A stretch of DNA of 64,000 nt, from NCBI GenBank assembly GCA_964236265.1, contig CAXSDE010000010.1, positions 2,826 to 66,825 on the forward strand, given 5' to 3'. Positions 18,641 through 32,800 of the stretch are shown here, piece after piece. This stretch comes from an uncultured bacterium (GTDB lineage Bacteria > Actinomycetota > Actinomycetes > JAVEEB01). Positions within the stretch are counted from its first letter, which is position 1, and every line of letters begins with the position of its first letter. Made by a program: the position numbers and the translations under genes. The notes beneath the pieces were generated by a model. It was not told the origin of the DNA, made no database searches, and saw nothing but the letters and a program-made list of their open reading frames with translations.

Positions 18641-19350
18641 GCGCCACCTGCGCCGGGGACAGGGCCACGCGCGCGGTGCTGAAGGGCCGCGCGCAGGGAC
18701 GTGCGCCCGCGGTGGATGCGGCTGCGGACGGTGCCCAGTTTGATGCCGAGGACGTCCGCGATCTCCTCGTACGACAATCCTTCGATGTCACACAGGACGA
18801 CCGCGGCGCGGAACTCGGGTGCGAGGGCGTCGAGCGCCGACTGTACGTCCGCGTCGAACAGGCCGTCGTCGTAACGCTCCGCCGGTGTGCGCTCCCCCGA
18901 CGACACGCGTTCGGCGTCGTCCGGCAGCGCGTCGAAGCGGATGCGCGCGCGTCGGCGGACGAGGTCCAGGAACAGGTTGGTGGTGATGCGGTGGATCCAG
19001 CCCTCGAACGTCCCGGGTGTGTAGGAGTCGAGCGAGCGGAACACCCGCACGAAGACTTCCTGCGTCAGGTCCTCGGCGTCGTGTTTGTTGCCGGTCAGCC
19101 GGTAGGCGAGCCGGAAGACGCGCGGGCTGTGGTCGCGGACGATGTCGTCCCAGCTGGGCGCCGCCCACCCAGCGCCGTCCGTCGAAGTGGTCACATCAGC
19201 AAGGACGTTGCGGGGTGGGGGCTGGTTGCGGCCGGGCGCCACATTCACAGAGTCCTCACAGGCCGGCCCGCGTCGCAATCCGCGCAACAGCGGCCGGTGC
19301 GGTGCCGCCGTGATGAAGCTCATCTGGTGCACCCCGTCGTCGGCGGTCAT
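18637..19350 (-). CDS. sigE: ECF RNA polymerase sigma factor SigE
   Basis: Sigma-70 region 2 ([14 protein letters not shown]...[25 protein letters not shown]) and region 4 ([25 protein letters not shown]). The start may be an internal codon. Confidence 0.9.
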   Translation of the reverse strand: MTADDGVHQMSFITAAPHRPLLRGLRRGPACEDSVNVAPGRNQPPPRNVLADVTTSTDGAGWAAPSWDDIVRDHSPRVFRLAYRLTGNKHDAEDLTQEVFVRVFRSLDSYTPGTFEGWIHRITTNLFLDLVRRRARIRFDALPDDAERVSSGERTPAERYDDGLFDADVQSALDALAPEFRAAVVLCDIEGLSYEEIADVLGIKLGTVRSRIHRGRTSLRAALQHRARGPVPGAGGA

Positions 19351-20109
19351 CGTCCTGCTGGCGTCAACGGGTGCGGCTCGGCGGAAGTTCCGGCCGCCTT
19401 CTCGCTACGCTGCTCGCACGGACGCCGACGTGGCGCCGACGCGCCCGAGGAGGACGTCATCAGCGAGCCTGACCTGCGCGCGAGCGGGGATTACGCCGAC
19501 ACGTTCCTGCCCGAGGCTCCGGCGGCGGCCGCGGCCCGGGACCGCGCCCGGGACAGCGGCGTCGGTGCCGTCAGCCCGGCGGTCGGGGCGACGCTCGCCT
19601 TCCTCGCGGCGGCGCTCGACGCCCGGTCCGTCGTCGAGATCGGCACCGGCACGGGCGTCTCAGCGAGCTGGCTCCTGCGCGGGATGCCATCGGCGGGTGT
19701 CCTGACGACGATCGACACCGAGGCCGAGCACCAGCGCCAGGCCCGCACCGCCTTCACCGAAGCGGGCTTCGCGCCCAACCGGATCCGCCTGATCAACGGG
19801 TCGGCGCTCGACGTGATGACGCGCCTCGCGGACACGTCGTACGACCTGGTCGTCGTCGACCTGGCCACCTCCGACTACGGCGCGCTGCTCGACGCGGCCA
19901 TCCGCCTGCTACGCCCGCGCGGCGTCGTCGTGTTCCACGACGCCCTCGCCGACGGCCACCTCGCCGACACCTCCCGCCGCGACCCCCACACGGTGGCGCT
20001 GCGCGACCTGGCCCGGAGGTTGCACGCCGACGAGTCCCTGCTGCCCGTCGCGTTGCCGGTGGGAAACGGGCTCCTCGCCGCGGTGCGGGTGGCACAGGGC
20101 GAGCCATGA
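19327..20109 (+). CDS. Class I SAM-dependent O-methyltransferase (Rv1220c-like)
   Basis: [50 protein letters not shown] aligns with Mtb Rv1220c. The start is uncertain (no ATG; GTG near 19327). Confidence 0.8.
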   Translation: MHPVVGGHRPAGVNGCGSAEVPAAFSLRCSHGRRRGADAPEEDVISEPDLRASGDYADTFLPEAPAAAAARDRARDSGVGAVSPAVGATLAFLAAALDARSVVEIGTGTGVSASWLLRGMPSAGVLTTIDTEAEHQRQARTAFTEAGFAPNRIRLINGSALDVMTRLADTSYDLVVVDLATSDYGALLDAAIRLLRPRGVVVFHDALADGHLADTSRRDPHTVALRDLARRLHADESLLPVALPVGNGLLAAVRVAQGEP

Positions 20110-20576
20110 GCTCCTGGGTCATCGTCACCGGGCACGACAATTTCGGCCGGACAGCCGCCCGCGGCTTCACCGTGCAAGGCGTCAAGTCGCGCCAGTGGCG
20201 CAAGGCGGCCGCGTTCGCGCCCGGCGACACGGCGCTGTTCTACGTGACCGGCGTCAAAGCCTTCGCCGGTGCCGTCACGATCACGTCCGAGACGTGGGAG
20301 GACCACGAGCTCTACTGGACATCCAAGCCGGGCGAGGATTATCCGTGGCGCTTCGAGATCGCGCCCCGGCTCGTGCTGCAGGACGAGGCCGACTGGGTGC
20401 CCGCCATCTCCGTGGTCGACGAGATCGCGTACTGCCGCAAATGGCCGCGCGAGCACTGGACGCTGGCCTTCCAGGGCAACGTCCACAGCTGGTCGGATGA
20501 GGATGCCGCCGTCGTGTTGGCGGCGCTGGACGCGTCGGCCGCCGCCGCCGTCGGCACGGTGCTGCGCGTCGGCTGA
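20106..20576 (+). CDS. Hypothetical protein, possible EVE/PUA-like domain
   Basis: 156 aa. Overlaps the upstream gene stop by 4 bp (ATGA). [13 protein letters not shown]...YPWRFEI is loosely EVE-like. Confidence 0.45.
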   Translation: MSSWVIVTGHDNFGRTAARGFTVQGVKSRQWRKAAAFAPGDTALFYVTGVKAFAGAVTITSETWEDHELYWTSKPGEDYPWRFEIAPRLVLQDEADWVPAISVVDEIAYCRKWPREHWTLAFQGNVHSWSDEDAAVVLAALDASAAAAVGTVLRVG

Positions 20577-20582
20577 GCCACG

Positions 20583-20601
20583 CCGAACGAGAGTCGTTCG
20601 G
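20583..20601 (+). terminator. Hairpin directly after the stop codon (CCGAACGA-GAG-TCGTTCGG)
   Basis: Perfect 8-bp stem with a 3-nt loop starting 7 nt after the TGA at 20574-20576. No T-tract, which is typical for high-GC actinobacteria. Confidence 0.4.
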
Positions 20602-20699
20602 GACCCCAGGTCCCTCTCGCCGGAGGTGGGCGACGCGAGGCCCGTCGGCGACCACCGCCACGGAGCGAAAGGGGTGACAGCGGGCATCGCGGGGTTGGT

Positions 20700-21759
20700 A
20701 GTCCCTGCGACACTCGCACGAGGATCTTCTCCAGACCTTTCGCGTGCACCTCCCAGCCCATGTCCGTCTCCAGTGCGCCGGGAACGCGGGTGCCCGTCGT
20801 GTGCGGCGGCGGCCCCTGCGGGCGCGCGGCGATGACCTCGCGGAAGTAATAGTTGATGCCGAGATAGTCGAGGGGCTGCGCGATGGTCGCGAGGTCCGCC
20901 GCGTCCACGGGCGGCTCGACGCCGTCCACCTCGACCATGTCCGGCGGGAAGCCGCGACCGAAGACCGGGTCGAGCCACCACCGGTTGGCGTGCCCGTCCG
21001 CGCGCACGGCGGCGAGCGCATCCTCCGCGCTGTCACTCGCCGGCTCGATGGGGCTCAGGTTGAGCACGATCCCGGCCTGCGGGGCCAGCGTCGCCTCGGC
21101 GCGAATCGCCTGCATTCCGAGTCCGTGCGCGAGGAGCAGGTGGGCGCTCGCCGGCACCGCGGCCTTGATGTCCGTGCCGCCCGGTGCCATGACGGCCTCG
21201 AGGTGCCCGAGCCACGCGGAGCACAACGGCTCGTTGAAGGTCGTCCAGTGCTGCACCCGGTCGCCGAGGGCTTTCACGACGACGGACACGTAGTCGGCGT
21301 AGGCGAAGGCGGTGCCGCGCGCCGGCCAGCCGCCGCGGTCCTGCAGCACCTGCGGCAGGTCCCAGAGGTAGAGCGTGACGAACGGGTGTTGCCCCGCTCG
21401 AGGAGTTCGTCGACGAGCGCACTGTAGAAGTCGATGCCCTTGGCGTTGACTGTTCCGGTGCCGCTGGGAATGACGCGCGGCCACGCGATCGAGAAGCGGT
21501 AGGCGTTGGCGCCGGGCTCCTCGATCAGGTCGATGTCGCCGCGCCAGCGGTGGTAGTGGTCACAGGGCACGTCGCCGGCGTCGCCGTTCGCGACTTTGCC
21601 TGGCACGCGCGAGAACGTGTCCCAGATGGACAGCGACCGGCCGTCCTCATCGACGGCGCCTTCGATCTGGTACGACGCTGTCGCGACGCCCCAGACGAAG
21701 TCGGCCCCGAACGGCGGGTTGGCGTCCCCCGGGTGGCGGTCCACGAGGTCGCGGTCCAC
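20700..21759 (-). pseudogene. GH1 beta-glucosidase pseudogene (-1 frameshift in a C-run near 21385; 3-prime ~90 codons including the ITENG nucleophile region missing)
   Basis: N-terminus [15 protein letters not shown]...[10 protein letters not shown] is in frame 1; after ELLERG the frame shifts (ggcaacacccgttcgtc, expected NTPFVTLY) and [13 protein letters not shown]...LNLSP...YLGINYY continues in frame 2. There is no PLYITENG or DNFEW region before the convergent gene at 20576. Confidence 0.75.
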
Positions 21760-21769
21760 GGGACGGCGG

Positions 21770-21900
21770 TCCCTTCGGGTCAGGGGGCGGCGGTCCCTTC
21801 GGGTCAGGCGGGGCGGCGCTCCCTTCGGGTCAGGCGGGGCGGCGCTCCCTTCGGGTCAGGGGGCGGCGGTCCCTTCGGGTCAGGCGGGGCGGGCGTCTCG
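21770..21900. repeat. Five tandem copies of a ~24-27-bp unit (GCGGTCCCTTCGGGTCAGGSGGGCG), each with a CCCTTCGGG mini-hairpin
   Basis: gacggcggtcccttcgggtcagggggcg / gcggtcccttcgggtcaggcggggcg / gcgctcccttcgggtcaggcggggcg / gcgctcccttcgggtcagggggcg / gcggtcccttcgggtcaggcggggcg. Lies between the end of the ABC operon and the GH1 pseudogene start. Confidence 0.85.
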
Positions 21901-21907
21901 AGCGGCG

Positions 21908-23997
<2,090 letters not shown>

Positions 23998-24000
23998 GGG

Positions 24001-24977
24001 TCAGCCCTCCTTGCGCGTGCGCGGGTCGAGCAGCAGGTAGACCAGGTCGGCGAGGAAGTTCGCCGCGAGGACCGACAGCGTGATGATGAGGAAGATGCCC
24101 TGCATCAACGGGTAGTCCTTGGACTGGGTCGCCGCGAACAGCTGCAGCCCGATCCCCGGATACGAGAAGACGATCTCGACGAGGAACGTGCCACCGACGA
24201 TGAATCCGAGCGCGAGGGCAAAGCCGGAGATGCTCGGCAGCAGCGCGTTGCGCGCGGCGTAACTGAGCATCACACGGCGCTCGGACAGGCCCTTGGCATG
24301 GGCGACGGTGATGTAATCCTCCGACGCGACCGTCACCATCATGTTGCGCATGCCGAGGATCCACCCGGCGACGGACGACACGAGAATGGTGAACGCGGGC
24401 AGCAGGCTGTGCTGGAGCGCGTTGCCGATGAATTTCAGCTGCCAGTGCGGAACGATGCCCGGCGAGTAGCCGCCTGCCGAGGGGAAGAAGCTGTGCGGCC
24501 CGGCCATCAGGTCGATCATGATCAGGCCGAAGAAGAAATAGGGCACCGCGGCGAGGAACGTCGTCACCGGCAAGAAGGCATCCGCGATGCTCCCGCGGCG
24601 CCAGCCGAGCAGCACCCCGAGGCCGGTGCCGATGATGAAGCTGAGCACGGTCGTGGTGCCGACCAGGAAGACCGTCCACAGGATGCTCTGGCGGATGATG
24701 TCGAGCACCGGCGTCGGGAAGAACGTGAACGAGATGCCGAGGTCGTGCTCGATGAACAGCTTGTGGAGATAGTCGCCGTACTGCTTGATCAGCGGGTCGC
24801 CATTGAGCCCGAACAGGATGCGCAGCGAGGCCTCCTGCTTAGTGCTGATGCGGCCTTGCGACTTGGCGATGAGGCTGCTGACGGGGTCGCCGGGGATCAG
24901 GCGCGGGATGAAGAAGTTGACCGTGACGGCCGCCATCGCCGTGAACAGGTAGAAGGACACCCTGCGCAGCAGGTGCT

Positions 24978-24981
<4 letters not shown>
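24001..24981 (-). CDS. ABC transporter permease (DppB/OppB-like)
   Basis: Start [12 protein letters not shown]. Typical DppB fold. Confidence 0.9.
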
Positions 24982-26078
<1,097 letters not shown>

Positions 26079-26175
26079 AGAGCTTCCTGTCTGCCATTGG
26101 ACGTCAACTCACAGTCGCGCACGCTCCCCCGGACGGCAACCATCCGGGGGAGCGTGTCGCCGTACGCGGTGCGAC

Positions 26176-27966
26176 TTAGCTGGCGGGCTTCAGGGCGAGG
26201 ACGATCTGAAGCGCGTTCGGCTGCGTCGGCTGCGGAGCCGTCCACGGGTTGTCCTTGTCGGGCCAACCCGTCCAGTTCTTCGTGCTGTATTCCGCTCCGA
26301 CGTTGGACGCCGACGTGATGAGAACCGGCATGTTGTCGACGAAGATCTTCTCGATCGTCGCGAGGGCGGCCGTGCGCTTGGCGTCGTCCGCCGCGGTGGC
26401 GTACGTCTTGAGAGCCGCGGTGGCCTCTGCGTTCTGGAAGCGGCCGTAGTTGCCACCGCTGCCTGGCTTGCCGATCGGCTTCATGATGTCGCCGTTCATG
26501 ATGTTCTCGTAGAGGTCGTACGGCGTCGCGCCGCCGTTGGTCCAGTGCATCGCGGCGTCGAAGTCACCGGTGTCGATCTTGGCGAACCAGGCGTCCTCGT
26601 TGGCCTTCTCGACCTTGGCGTTGATGCCGATCTGCTTGAAGCTGTCGGCGATGATCGACAGGTCGGTCTGGTAGTCGGACCAGCCGGCAGGGTCGGTCAG
26701 CGTCAACGTGACCGGCTTGCCGTTCTTGTCCATCAGGTCGGCGCCGTTGTACTTGTAGCCGGCGTCGGTGAGCGCCTTCTTGGCGCCCTCGACGTCGACG
26801 GTGACGTCCTGGCCCTTGTAGTCGGCCGCGATGAACGGCTCACCAGCGGGCGTCGGGATGCCGGTGATGTTGGTGACCTCAGGGTAGAAGTAGCCGGCCT
26901 CGCCGATCTGGAAGATGTCGTCGCGGTTGATGACCATGTTCATGGCCTTGCGCAGAGCCGGGTCGTCGAACGGCGCATGCGTCTTGTCCGTGTTGAGCCA
27001 CAGGCCGTGCGCGCCTAGGTTCGGCGGGAACCACAGCTTGTTGTGGTCGGGGTCCTTGGCAGTGTAGACCTTTTCGATGTCCGGGATGAAGACGAAGCCC
27101 CAGTCGGCGTCACCGTTGGCGAGGGCGGTCGTCTCCGCGGCGTTGTCGGCGTAGGCCGTGTAGAGGAGCTTCGCGATCTGGGGCAGCGGCTGCCAGTAGC
27201 CACCGTCCTTGCGCAGGTCGAGCGTCGTCGTCTGCGGCGTGAAGGAGGTCAGCGTGTAGGGCCCGGAACCGACCGGGGTCTTGTTGGCGAACTTGCCCGG
27301 ATCGCCAGCGGTCTTCCAGATGTGCTCCGGCACGACGATCGTCGTGACGACCTTCGTCTGGTTGGTGAACTGCGACTCCTTGAACGTCACGGTGACCTTG
27401 TTGCCGGCTGCCGAGATCTTGTCGAACGGCAGGTTGTTGCCGTTGATCGACGGGTTGGCCTTGATGAGGTTGAACGTGAACGCCACGTCGGCGCCGGTGA
27501 CAGCCTGACCGTCGCTCCACTTGGCGTTGTCGCGGATCGTGAAGTCGACCTGCTGGAAGCCGTTGGACCAGGTCGCTTCGGTGGCCAGCCACGGCTTGCC
27601 CTTGGCGGCGGGGTCGATCGGGTTCATCATGATGAGGGGCTCGTAGATCATCGAGCGGGAACCGAGCGCCGCGCCGGCCGAGGAGCCGAGGAACGGGTTG
27701 AAGTTTTCGGTCTGCTGGCCGTTCGGCATACCGATCTTCAGGACGCCCGAAGCAGGACCCGCGGTGGCCGGCGCGGACGAAGAGTCCGACAACGACGGGG
27801 ACGGGGACATCATCGTGTCCGAGGTGGACGGCGAGGCCGAAGCGGGACCCGACGAGGACGAGGCGGCCGGAGAGGCCGAGCTCGACGTCGAGTTGGAGCA
27901 CGCGGCGAGACCGCCGAGTGCCAGCACACTAGCCACTGACGTGGCCACGGCGCGGTTGATACGCAT
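26176..27966 (-). CDS. ABC transporter substrate-binding lipoprotein, family 5 (peptide/nickel/oligosaccharide)
   Basis: Start MRINRAV; lipobox LAAC; Ser-rich linker; SBP_bac_5 body. Confidence 0.9.
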   Translation of the reverse strand: MRINRAVATSVASVLALGGLAACSNSTSSSASPAASSSSGPASASPSTSDTMMSPSPSLSDSSSAPATAGPASGVLKIGMPNGQQTENFNPFLGSSAGAALGSRSMIYEPLIMMNPIDPAAKGKPWLATEATWSNGFQQVDFTIRDNAKWSDGQAVTGADVAFTFNLIKANPSINGNNLPFDKISAAGNKVTVTFKESQFTNQTKVVTTIVVPEHIWKTAGDPGKFANKTPVGSGPYTLTSFTPQTTTLDLRKDGGYWQPLPQIAKLLYTAYADNAAETTALANGDADWGFVFIPDIEKVYTAKDPDHNKLWFPPNLGAHGLWLNTDKTHAPFDDPALRKAMNMVINRDDIFQIGEAGYFYPEVTNITGIPTPAGEPFIAADYKGQDVTVDVEGAKKALTDAGYKYNGADLMDKNGKPVTLTLTDPAGWSDYQTDLSIIADSFKQIGINAKVEKANEDAWFAKIDTGDFDAAMHWTNGGATPYDLYENIMNGDIMKPIGKPGSGGNYGRFQNAEATAALKTYATAADDAKRTAALATIEKIFVDNMPVLITSASNVGAEYSTKNWTGWPDKDNPWTAPQPTQPNALQIVLALKPAS

Positions 27967-28666
27967 GCATTCTCCTTGAGTGGGTCTCATCCATACAGAA
28001 CGTGACTGGTGCTGTCTCGCCGCAGCTGCGGTGAGGGTGTCGCCTCCATGTGCGCGGATCAGACGACGACTCCGCGCGACCGGACCGGATCACCGGCAAC
28101 GATTACGCGACTTCGTTCCCTCGCTGAAACACCGCTCGTCGTGCGCGATGAGTTCGTCGAGATCGACCTTGGCGGACTTCCGTGCAACTGCCGACCTGCG
28201 GCGCCCCGGGGGGCGGGGCAAGCGTTCGCAGTCGACACAGCACTCCGTCCACATCGGTCCGGTCCGGCGGTGGGCAAGCATCGGTTCCGGCGTAAGTTTG
28301 TGGTGAGAGCGTGGCCAGGTCAATCACGATGAGGTAACGAAACGGCCTCGACTGAGCGCGCTCTCACCAGTGTCCGTCGCTTGTGCGAACCCACCCAACT
28401 GGCGTCGGCGGGAGTTGGGCATGCGTGAGGTGAGACTTCGCCGACAGCGTTAGACGCAACGGCGGTCGAGCCGGGCAGCGGCTCGGGAGCTGTCCGCCGC
28501 GATAGCGACGCGCGTTCCACCGAAGACTTGAAACGACCCGGTGCCCGAGCGCTGCCGACTTTAGCTGCGCACGTGCACCGGGTCGCCTTTCGTACCGTTA
28601 AACGTTCCGCGCGGGCAGCACGTGAGCGCGGGCACCAGGGACGCCGCGGACGTGTGGCTTCATCGA

Positions 28667-28987
28667 TCAGGAGTTCTGAATCTCGGCCGTTCCGGAGCTT
28701 GCGTGCTCACCAGTCGAGCAGCTCGGACTCGTCGTGGACGAGCCGGCGATGATGGTCCACGGTCCGTACACCACGTAGTTAACGCCCGATGCGACGCAGG
28801 TCGCGCGTGCGCGCATGTGGTAATTGGACGGAAAGCCCGTGCACCCGTAGGCCTGATACGCCCTATTACCGTTGACATAGGCTCCCGAACAGCCGCTGGC
28901 GTACGCTGGTGCCATCGCCATTGCGGCCCCCGAGGGCACCAAGAGCGCGATGATCGCGACAGAGCGGACAACTCTGTGCTTTCTCAT
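28667..28987 (-). CDS. Small secreted cysteine-containing protein (106 aa; signal peptide + ~75-aa mature domain with 4 Cys), unknown family
   Basis: MRKHRVVRSVAIIALLVPSGAAMAMAPAYA | SGCSGAYVNGNRAYQAYGCTGFPSNYHMRARATCVASGVNYVVYGPWTIIAGSSTTSPSCSTGEHASSGTAEIQNS. GGGAGA RBS 5 nt upstream of the ATG. The first codons use AGA/AAG/AGA/TTG, atypical for this genome. Confidence 0.6.
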   Translation of the reverse strand: MRKHRVVRSVAIIALLVPSGAAMAMAPAYASGCSGAYVNGNRAYQAYGCTGFPSNYHMRARATCVASGVNYVVYGPWTIIAGSSTTSPSCSTGEHASSGTAEIQNS

Positions 28988-29070
28988 GAATTCTCCCGTT
29001 GTGCAGGGTTTCGGCCTAGATGGCACCTGCAGGGGCCTTGTCTACCAAGGCCAGCGGCCGCGGTCAAGCA

Positions 29071-29119
29071 CTGCGTTACGTTTGGTGACGCTGCGTTATA
29101 AAAGGCCGTACGCACGCAG
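29071..29119. promoter_or_regulatory. Candidate promoter/operator upstream of the small secreted protein gene: direct repeat CTGCGTTAYR x2 and inverted repeat CTGCGT-N17-ACGCAG flanking TATAAAAGG
   Basis: ctgcgttacgtttggtgacgctgcgttataaaaggccgtacgcacgcag. An AT-rich TATAAAA is very unusual in this 70% GC context. Confidence 0.3.
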
Positions 29120-29143
29120 TCGTGCCGGCGGCTCGTGTATCAC

Positions 29144-30319
29144 TCAACGCTCGAGCAGCTGGGCGTACAACACGCACGTCTCCTCGGCGATGCGCCTCCA
29201 GCTGAAATGACCGGCCACCCGCTCGCGGCCGCGCAGACCCATCTCGTCCCCCGCCGCCGGGTCACCCAGGATCGTGTTGACCCGCGTGGCGATGTCGTCG
29301 ATGAACTGCTGCCGGTCCACCGGGAGCCCGTCCGGGCCCTGGGTGAACGGCACGAGCAGCCCGGTCACCCCATCGACGACGACCTCCGGGATGCCACCCG
29401 TGTTGGTGGCGACGACGGGGGTCTCGCAGGCCATCGCCTCCAGGTTGACGATGCCCAGTGGCTCGTAGATCGACGGGCACACGAACACGGACGCGTGGCC
29501 GACCAGCTGGATCAGCTCGGTCTTGGGCAGCATGTGCCGGAGCCACACCACCCCCTCGCGTTGCTCCTGGAGACCGGCGACGAGGTCGGCCACCTCGGCG
29601 GCGATCTCCGGCGTGTCGGGTGAGCCGGCGACGAGCACCAGCTGGGCCCCGGGAAGGAACTGGCGGGCCGCCTCGAGGAGGTAGGGCACGCCCTTCTGCC
29701 GCGTGATGCGACCGACGAACAGGACGTACGGCTTGGCCGGGTCGACTCCGTAGCGCTCGAGCACGTCCGTCGCCGGGTCCGGCGCGTATTCCACCACGTC
29801 GATGCCGTTGTGGATGACATGCACCCGGGCCGGGTCGACCGCCGGATAGGTGAGCAGGACATCGTCGCGCATCCCCGCGGACACGGCCACGACGGCGTCA
29901 GCGGCCTCGATCGCTGTGCGCTCCGCCCAGGACGACAGGGCGTAGCCGCCGCCGAGCTGCTCGGCCTTCCACGGCCGCATCGGCTCCAGGGAGTGGGCGC
30001 TCATGACGTGCGGGATGCCGTAGACGAGCTTCGCGAGGTGCCCGCCCATGTTGGCGTACCAGGTGTGGGAGTGCACGAGGTCGGCGTCCTTGATGTCGGC
30101 GGCCATGGCGACATCGACCGACAGGACGCGCAGCGCCGCGTTGGCCTCGCCGAGGGCGACGTTGGCCACGTGGGCGGTCGCGTCGGGCCGCGGCGCGCCG
30201 AAGCAGTGGACGTCGAGGTCGACGAGGCGACGGAGCTCACGCGCCAGATATTCGACGTGGACGCCGGCGCCGCCGTAGATCTCGGGCGGGTATTCGCGGG
30301 TGAGAAGGGCGACGCGCAT
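29144..30319 (-). CDS. glgA: GT4 glycosyltransferase, glycogen synthase/alpha-maltose-1-phosphate synthase (Mtb Rv1212c GlgM/GlgA homolog)
   Basis: MRVALLTREYPPEIYGGAGVHV...SLEPMRPWKAEQLGGGY...GIVNLEAMAC aligns nearly colinearly with Rv1212c. Divergent from glgC, as in mycobacteria. Confidence 0.9.
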   Translation of the reverse strand: MRVALLTREYPPEIYGGAGVHVEYLARELRRLVDLDVHCFGAPRPDATAHVANVALGEANAALRVLSVDVAMAADIKDADLVHSHTWYANMGGHLAKLVYGIPHVMSAHSLEPMRPWKAEQLGGGYALSSWAERTAIEAADAVVAVSAGMRDDVLLTYPAVDPARVHVIHNGIDVVEYAPDPATDVLERYGVDPAKPYVLFVGRITRQKGVPYLLEAARQFLPGAQLVLVAGSPDTPEIAAEVADLVAGLQEQREGVVWLRHMLPKTELIQLVGHASVFVCPSIYEPLGIVNLEAMACETPVVATNTGGIPEVVVDGVTGLLVPFTQGPDGLPVDRQQFIDDIATRVNTILGDPAAGDEMGLRGRERVAGHFSWRRIAEETCVLYAQLLER

Positions 30320-30374
30320 GGAATGGACCCTACTAAGACTGTAAAGGCGGCAGGCGGGGCACTACTGTCCGATC

Positions 30375-31598
30375 ATGGCCATGGGAAATCAAGTCCTCGC
30401 AATCGTCCTCGCCGGTGGGAAGGGTTCGCGGCTCAGCCCGCTGACCGACGACCGGGCCAAGCCTGCCGTGCCGTATGCGGGCAGCTACCGGATCATCGAC
30501 TTCGTCCTGTCCAACATGGTCAACGGCGGCTATCGCAAGTTGGTCGTCCTCACGCAATACAAGTCGCACTCCCTGGACCTGCACATTTCCCGCACGTGGC
30601 GCATGTCCACGCTGATCGGCAACTACGTCACCACGGTGCCGGCCCAGCAGCGCGTCGGCGACCGCTGGTTTTCGGGCTCGGCCGACGCGATCTACCAGAG
30701 CCTCAATCTCGTGTACGACGAGAAGCCCGACTACATCATCGTCTTCGGCGCCGACCACATCTACCGGATGGACCCGGAGCAGATGGTGGCCGCGCACATC
30801 GCGAGCGGCAAGGGCGTCACGGTCGCCGGCATGCGGGTCCCCCGGTCGGAGTCCCGGCACTTCGGCGTGATCGACGCCAACCCGGACGGCACCATCCGGG
30901 AGTTCCTCGAGAAGCCCGCCGACCCGCCGGGGCTGCCCGACTCCCCCGACGAGATCTTCGCGTCCATGGGCAACTACGTCTTCACGGCCGAGGCGCTCAT
31001 CGAAGCCGTGCGCCTGGACGCCGCGGACGAAAACTCCATGCACGACATGGGCGGCAACATCATCCCGTCGATGGTCGCCGCCGGCGACGCCATGGTCTAC
31101 GACTTCGCCGACAACGACGTGCCCGGGGCGACCGAGCGTGACTGCGGCTATTGGCGTGATGTCGGCACGATCGACGCCTACTACGAGGGCAACATGGACC
31201 TGGTGTCGGTCCACCCTGTGTTCAACCTCTACAACCCCGACTGGCCGATCTACACCTACATCGAGCCCCTCCCGCCGGCGAAGGTGGTCAACCCCACGTC
31301 GAGCGTCATCGATTCGCTCCTGTGCAACGGGGCGATCGTGTCCGATGGCGTCATCCACCGGTCGGTCCTGTCCCCCCGCGTCTACGTCGACCACGGGGCG
31401 CGCGTGGAAAACAGCGTGTTGATGCACAACGTCCATGTCGGTGCCGGTGCCATCGTGCGCAACGCGATCGTCGACAAGAACGTGGTCATCCCGCCCGGGG
31501 CCCGCATCGGCATCGACATGGACCGTGATCGGGAGCTCTACACGATCAGCGACGCGGGAGTCGTCTGCATCGGCAAGAACGTGAAGGTCGTCACCTGA
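30375..31598 (+). CDS. glgC: Glucose-1-phosphate adenylyltransferase
   Basis: [40 protein letters not shown]..., the classic GlgC motifs. Confidence 0.95.
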   Translation: MAMGNQVLAIVLAGGKGSRLSPLTDDRAKPAVPYAGSYRIIDFVLSNMVNGGYRKLVVLTQYKSHSLDLHISRTWRMSTLIGNYVTTVPAQQRVGDRWFSGSADAIYQSLNLVYDEKPDYIIVFGADHIYRMDPEQMVAAHIASGKGVTVAGMRVPRSESRHFGVIDANPDGTIREFLEKPADPPGLPDSPDEIFASMGNYVFTAEALIEAVRLDAADENSMHDMGGNIIPSMVAAGDAMVYDFADNDVPGATERDCGYWRDVGTIDAYYEGNMDLVSVHPVFNLYNPDWPIYTYIEPLPPAKVVNPTSSVIDSLLCNGAIVSDGVIHRSVLSPRVYVDHGARVENSVLMHNVHVGAGAIVRNAIVDKNVVIPPGARIGIDMDRDRELYTISDAGVVCIGKNVKVVT

Positions 31599-31714
31599 CG
31601 GTGCCGCGACCCCGTTCGCGGTGCGTCCCCGCGCCGCCGGCCCTCGCGACGCTAACCTCAGCGCCGGGTCCGCACGGGCGGCCCGGGGATGTCACGTTCC
31701 GAAGGAGCAGCACG

Positions 31715-32800
31715 GTGGTGGTCGACATCCGCGAGGTCGCAAGGCGCAGCGGGGTGTCGCCTGCCACGGTGTCGCGGGCGCTCAACGGACGGCCCGACGT
31801 CAGCAAGGCCACCCGCGAGCGCGTGATGAAGACGGCGAGCGACCTCGGCTATCTGCCCAACGAGCAGGCCCGCACGCTGGTCCGGCGGCGGTCGGACACC
31901 GTCGGCTTGATCTGGGACACGACCTACGTCGCCTCGCGGGGCCGCCAGCCGTTCCTGCAGGACCTGCTCGTTGCTCTGAAGATGGCGCTCGCCGACACCG
32001 GCTATCACCTCATGTTGCTCTCACCCCGCGGCGGCGACGGCACCACGGACGGTTTTCTCCGGATCGCCGCCCAGCACAGCCTCGAAGGCATCGTCCTGAT
32101 GGCCGTCGATGCCCACCAGCCGGCCGTGGACGCTCTCATCGCGTCGGCACGGCCGGTCGTCGGCCTCGACCTGCCGATCCTCGGCCGACGGGCGTCCAAC
32201 GTCGGCACGGACAACGCGGGCGGGGCCGGCATGGCGGTCGACCACCTCGTCGAGCTCGGCCACCGCCGCATCGCGGTGATCAGTGCGCGTCAGGACATGC
32301 TGCCCGCCGCGCAGCGCCACGAAGGCTTCTGCGCCGCGATGGCGCGGCACGGCCTCGAGGTGCCCGACGGCTACGTCGTCCGCGGCGACTTCTTCCTCGA
32401 CTCCGGACACCGGGCGATGCAGCAACTGCTGCGCCTGCCCGAGTTGCCGACGGCTGTCTTCGCCGGTGGCGACCAGATGGCGGTCGGTGCCGTGCACGCG
32501 ATCTACGAGGCGGGCCTCGAGGTGCCGCGCGACATCTCCGTCGTCGGTTTCGACGATGTCGAAATCGCCGCGCTCGTGCGGCCGGCGCTCACGACGATCC
32601 GCCAGGACTATCTGGAGATGGGCCGCGCGGCGGTGACCTTGCTGACCGAGCTCATCACCGAGGACCGCGAGCACGGCCGTGGGTCGGAGGCCCCCCGCTC
32701 GGTGGCCGCCCGGCATCCGGTGCTCGTGCCCGGAGCCCTCGTCGCGCGTGCCTCCACCGGCCCGGCGCCGACGCGCCGGCGCGGCCCCTCGCTGACCTGA
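31715..32800 (+). CDS. LacI-family transcriptional regulator
   Basis: N-terminal HTH (IREVARRSGVSPATVSRALNG) plus a periplasmic-binding-protein-like sugar-binding domain. GTG start after the GAAGGAG RBS. Confidence 0.85.
   Translation: MVVDIREVARRSGVSPATVSRALNGRPDVSKATRERVMKTASDLGYLPNEQARTLVRRRSDTVGLIWDTTYVASRGRQPFLQDLLVALKMALADTGYHLMLLSPRGGDGTTDGFLRIAAQHSLEGIVLMAVDAHQPAVDALIASARPVVGLDLPILGRRASNVGTDNAGGAGMAVDHLVELGHRRIAVISARQDMLPAAQRHEGFCAAMARHGLEVPDGYVVRGDFFLDSGHRAMQQLLRLPELPTAVFAGGDQMAVGAVHAIYEAGLEVPRDISVVGFDDVEIAALVRPALTTIRQDYLEMGRAAVTLLTELITEDREHGRGSEAPRSVAARHPVLVPGALVARASTGPAPTRRRGPSLT

Noticed and set aside
28009-28332. Small ORFs in the 28000-28660 gap, including a Cys-containing 77-aa minus-strand ORF (possible RiPP precursor)
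   Set aside because: No RBS, no partner modification enzymes, and both strands give equally poor ORFs. Left as non-coding. Only the downstream hairpin was noted.
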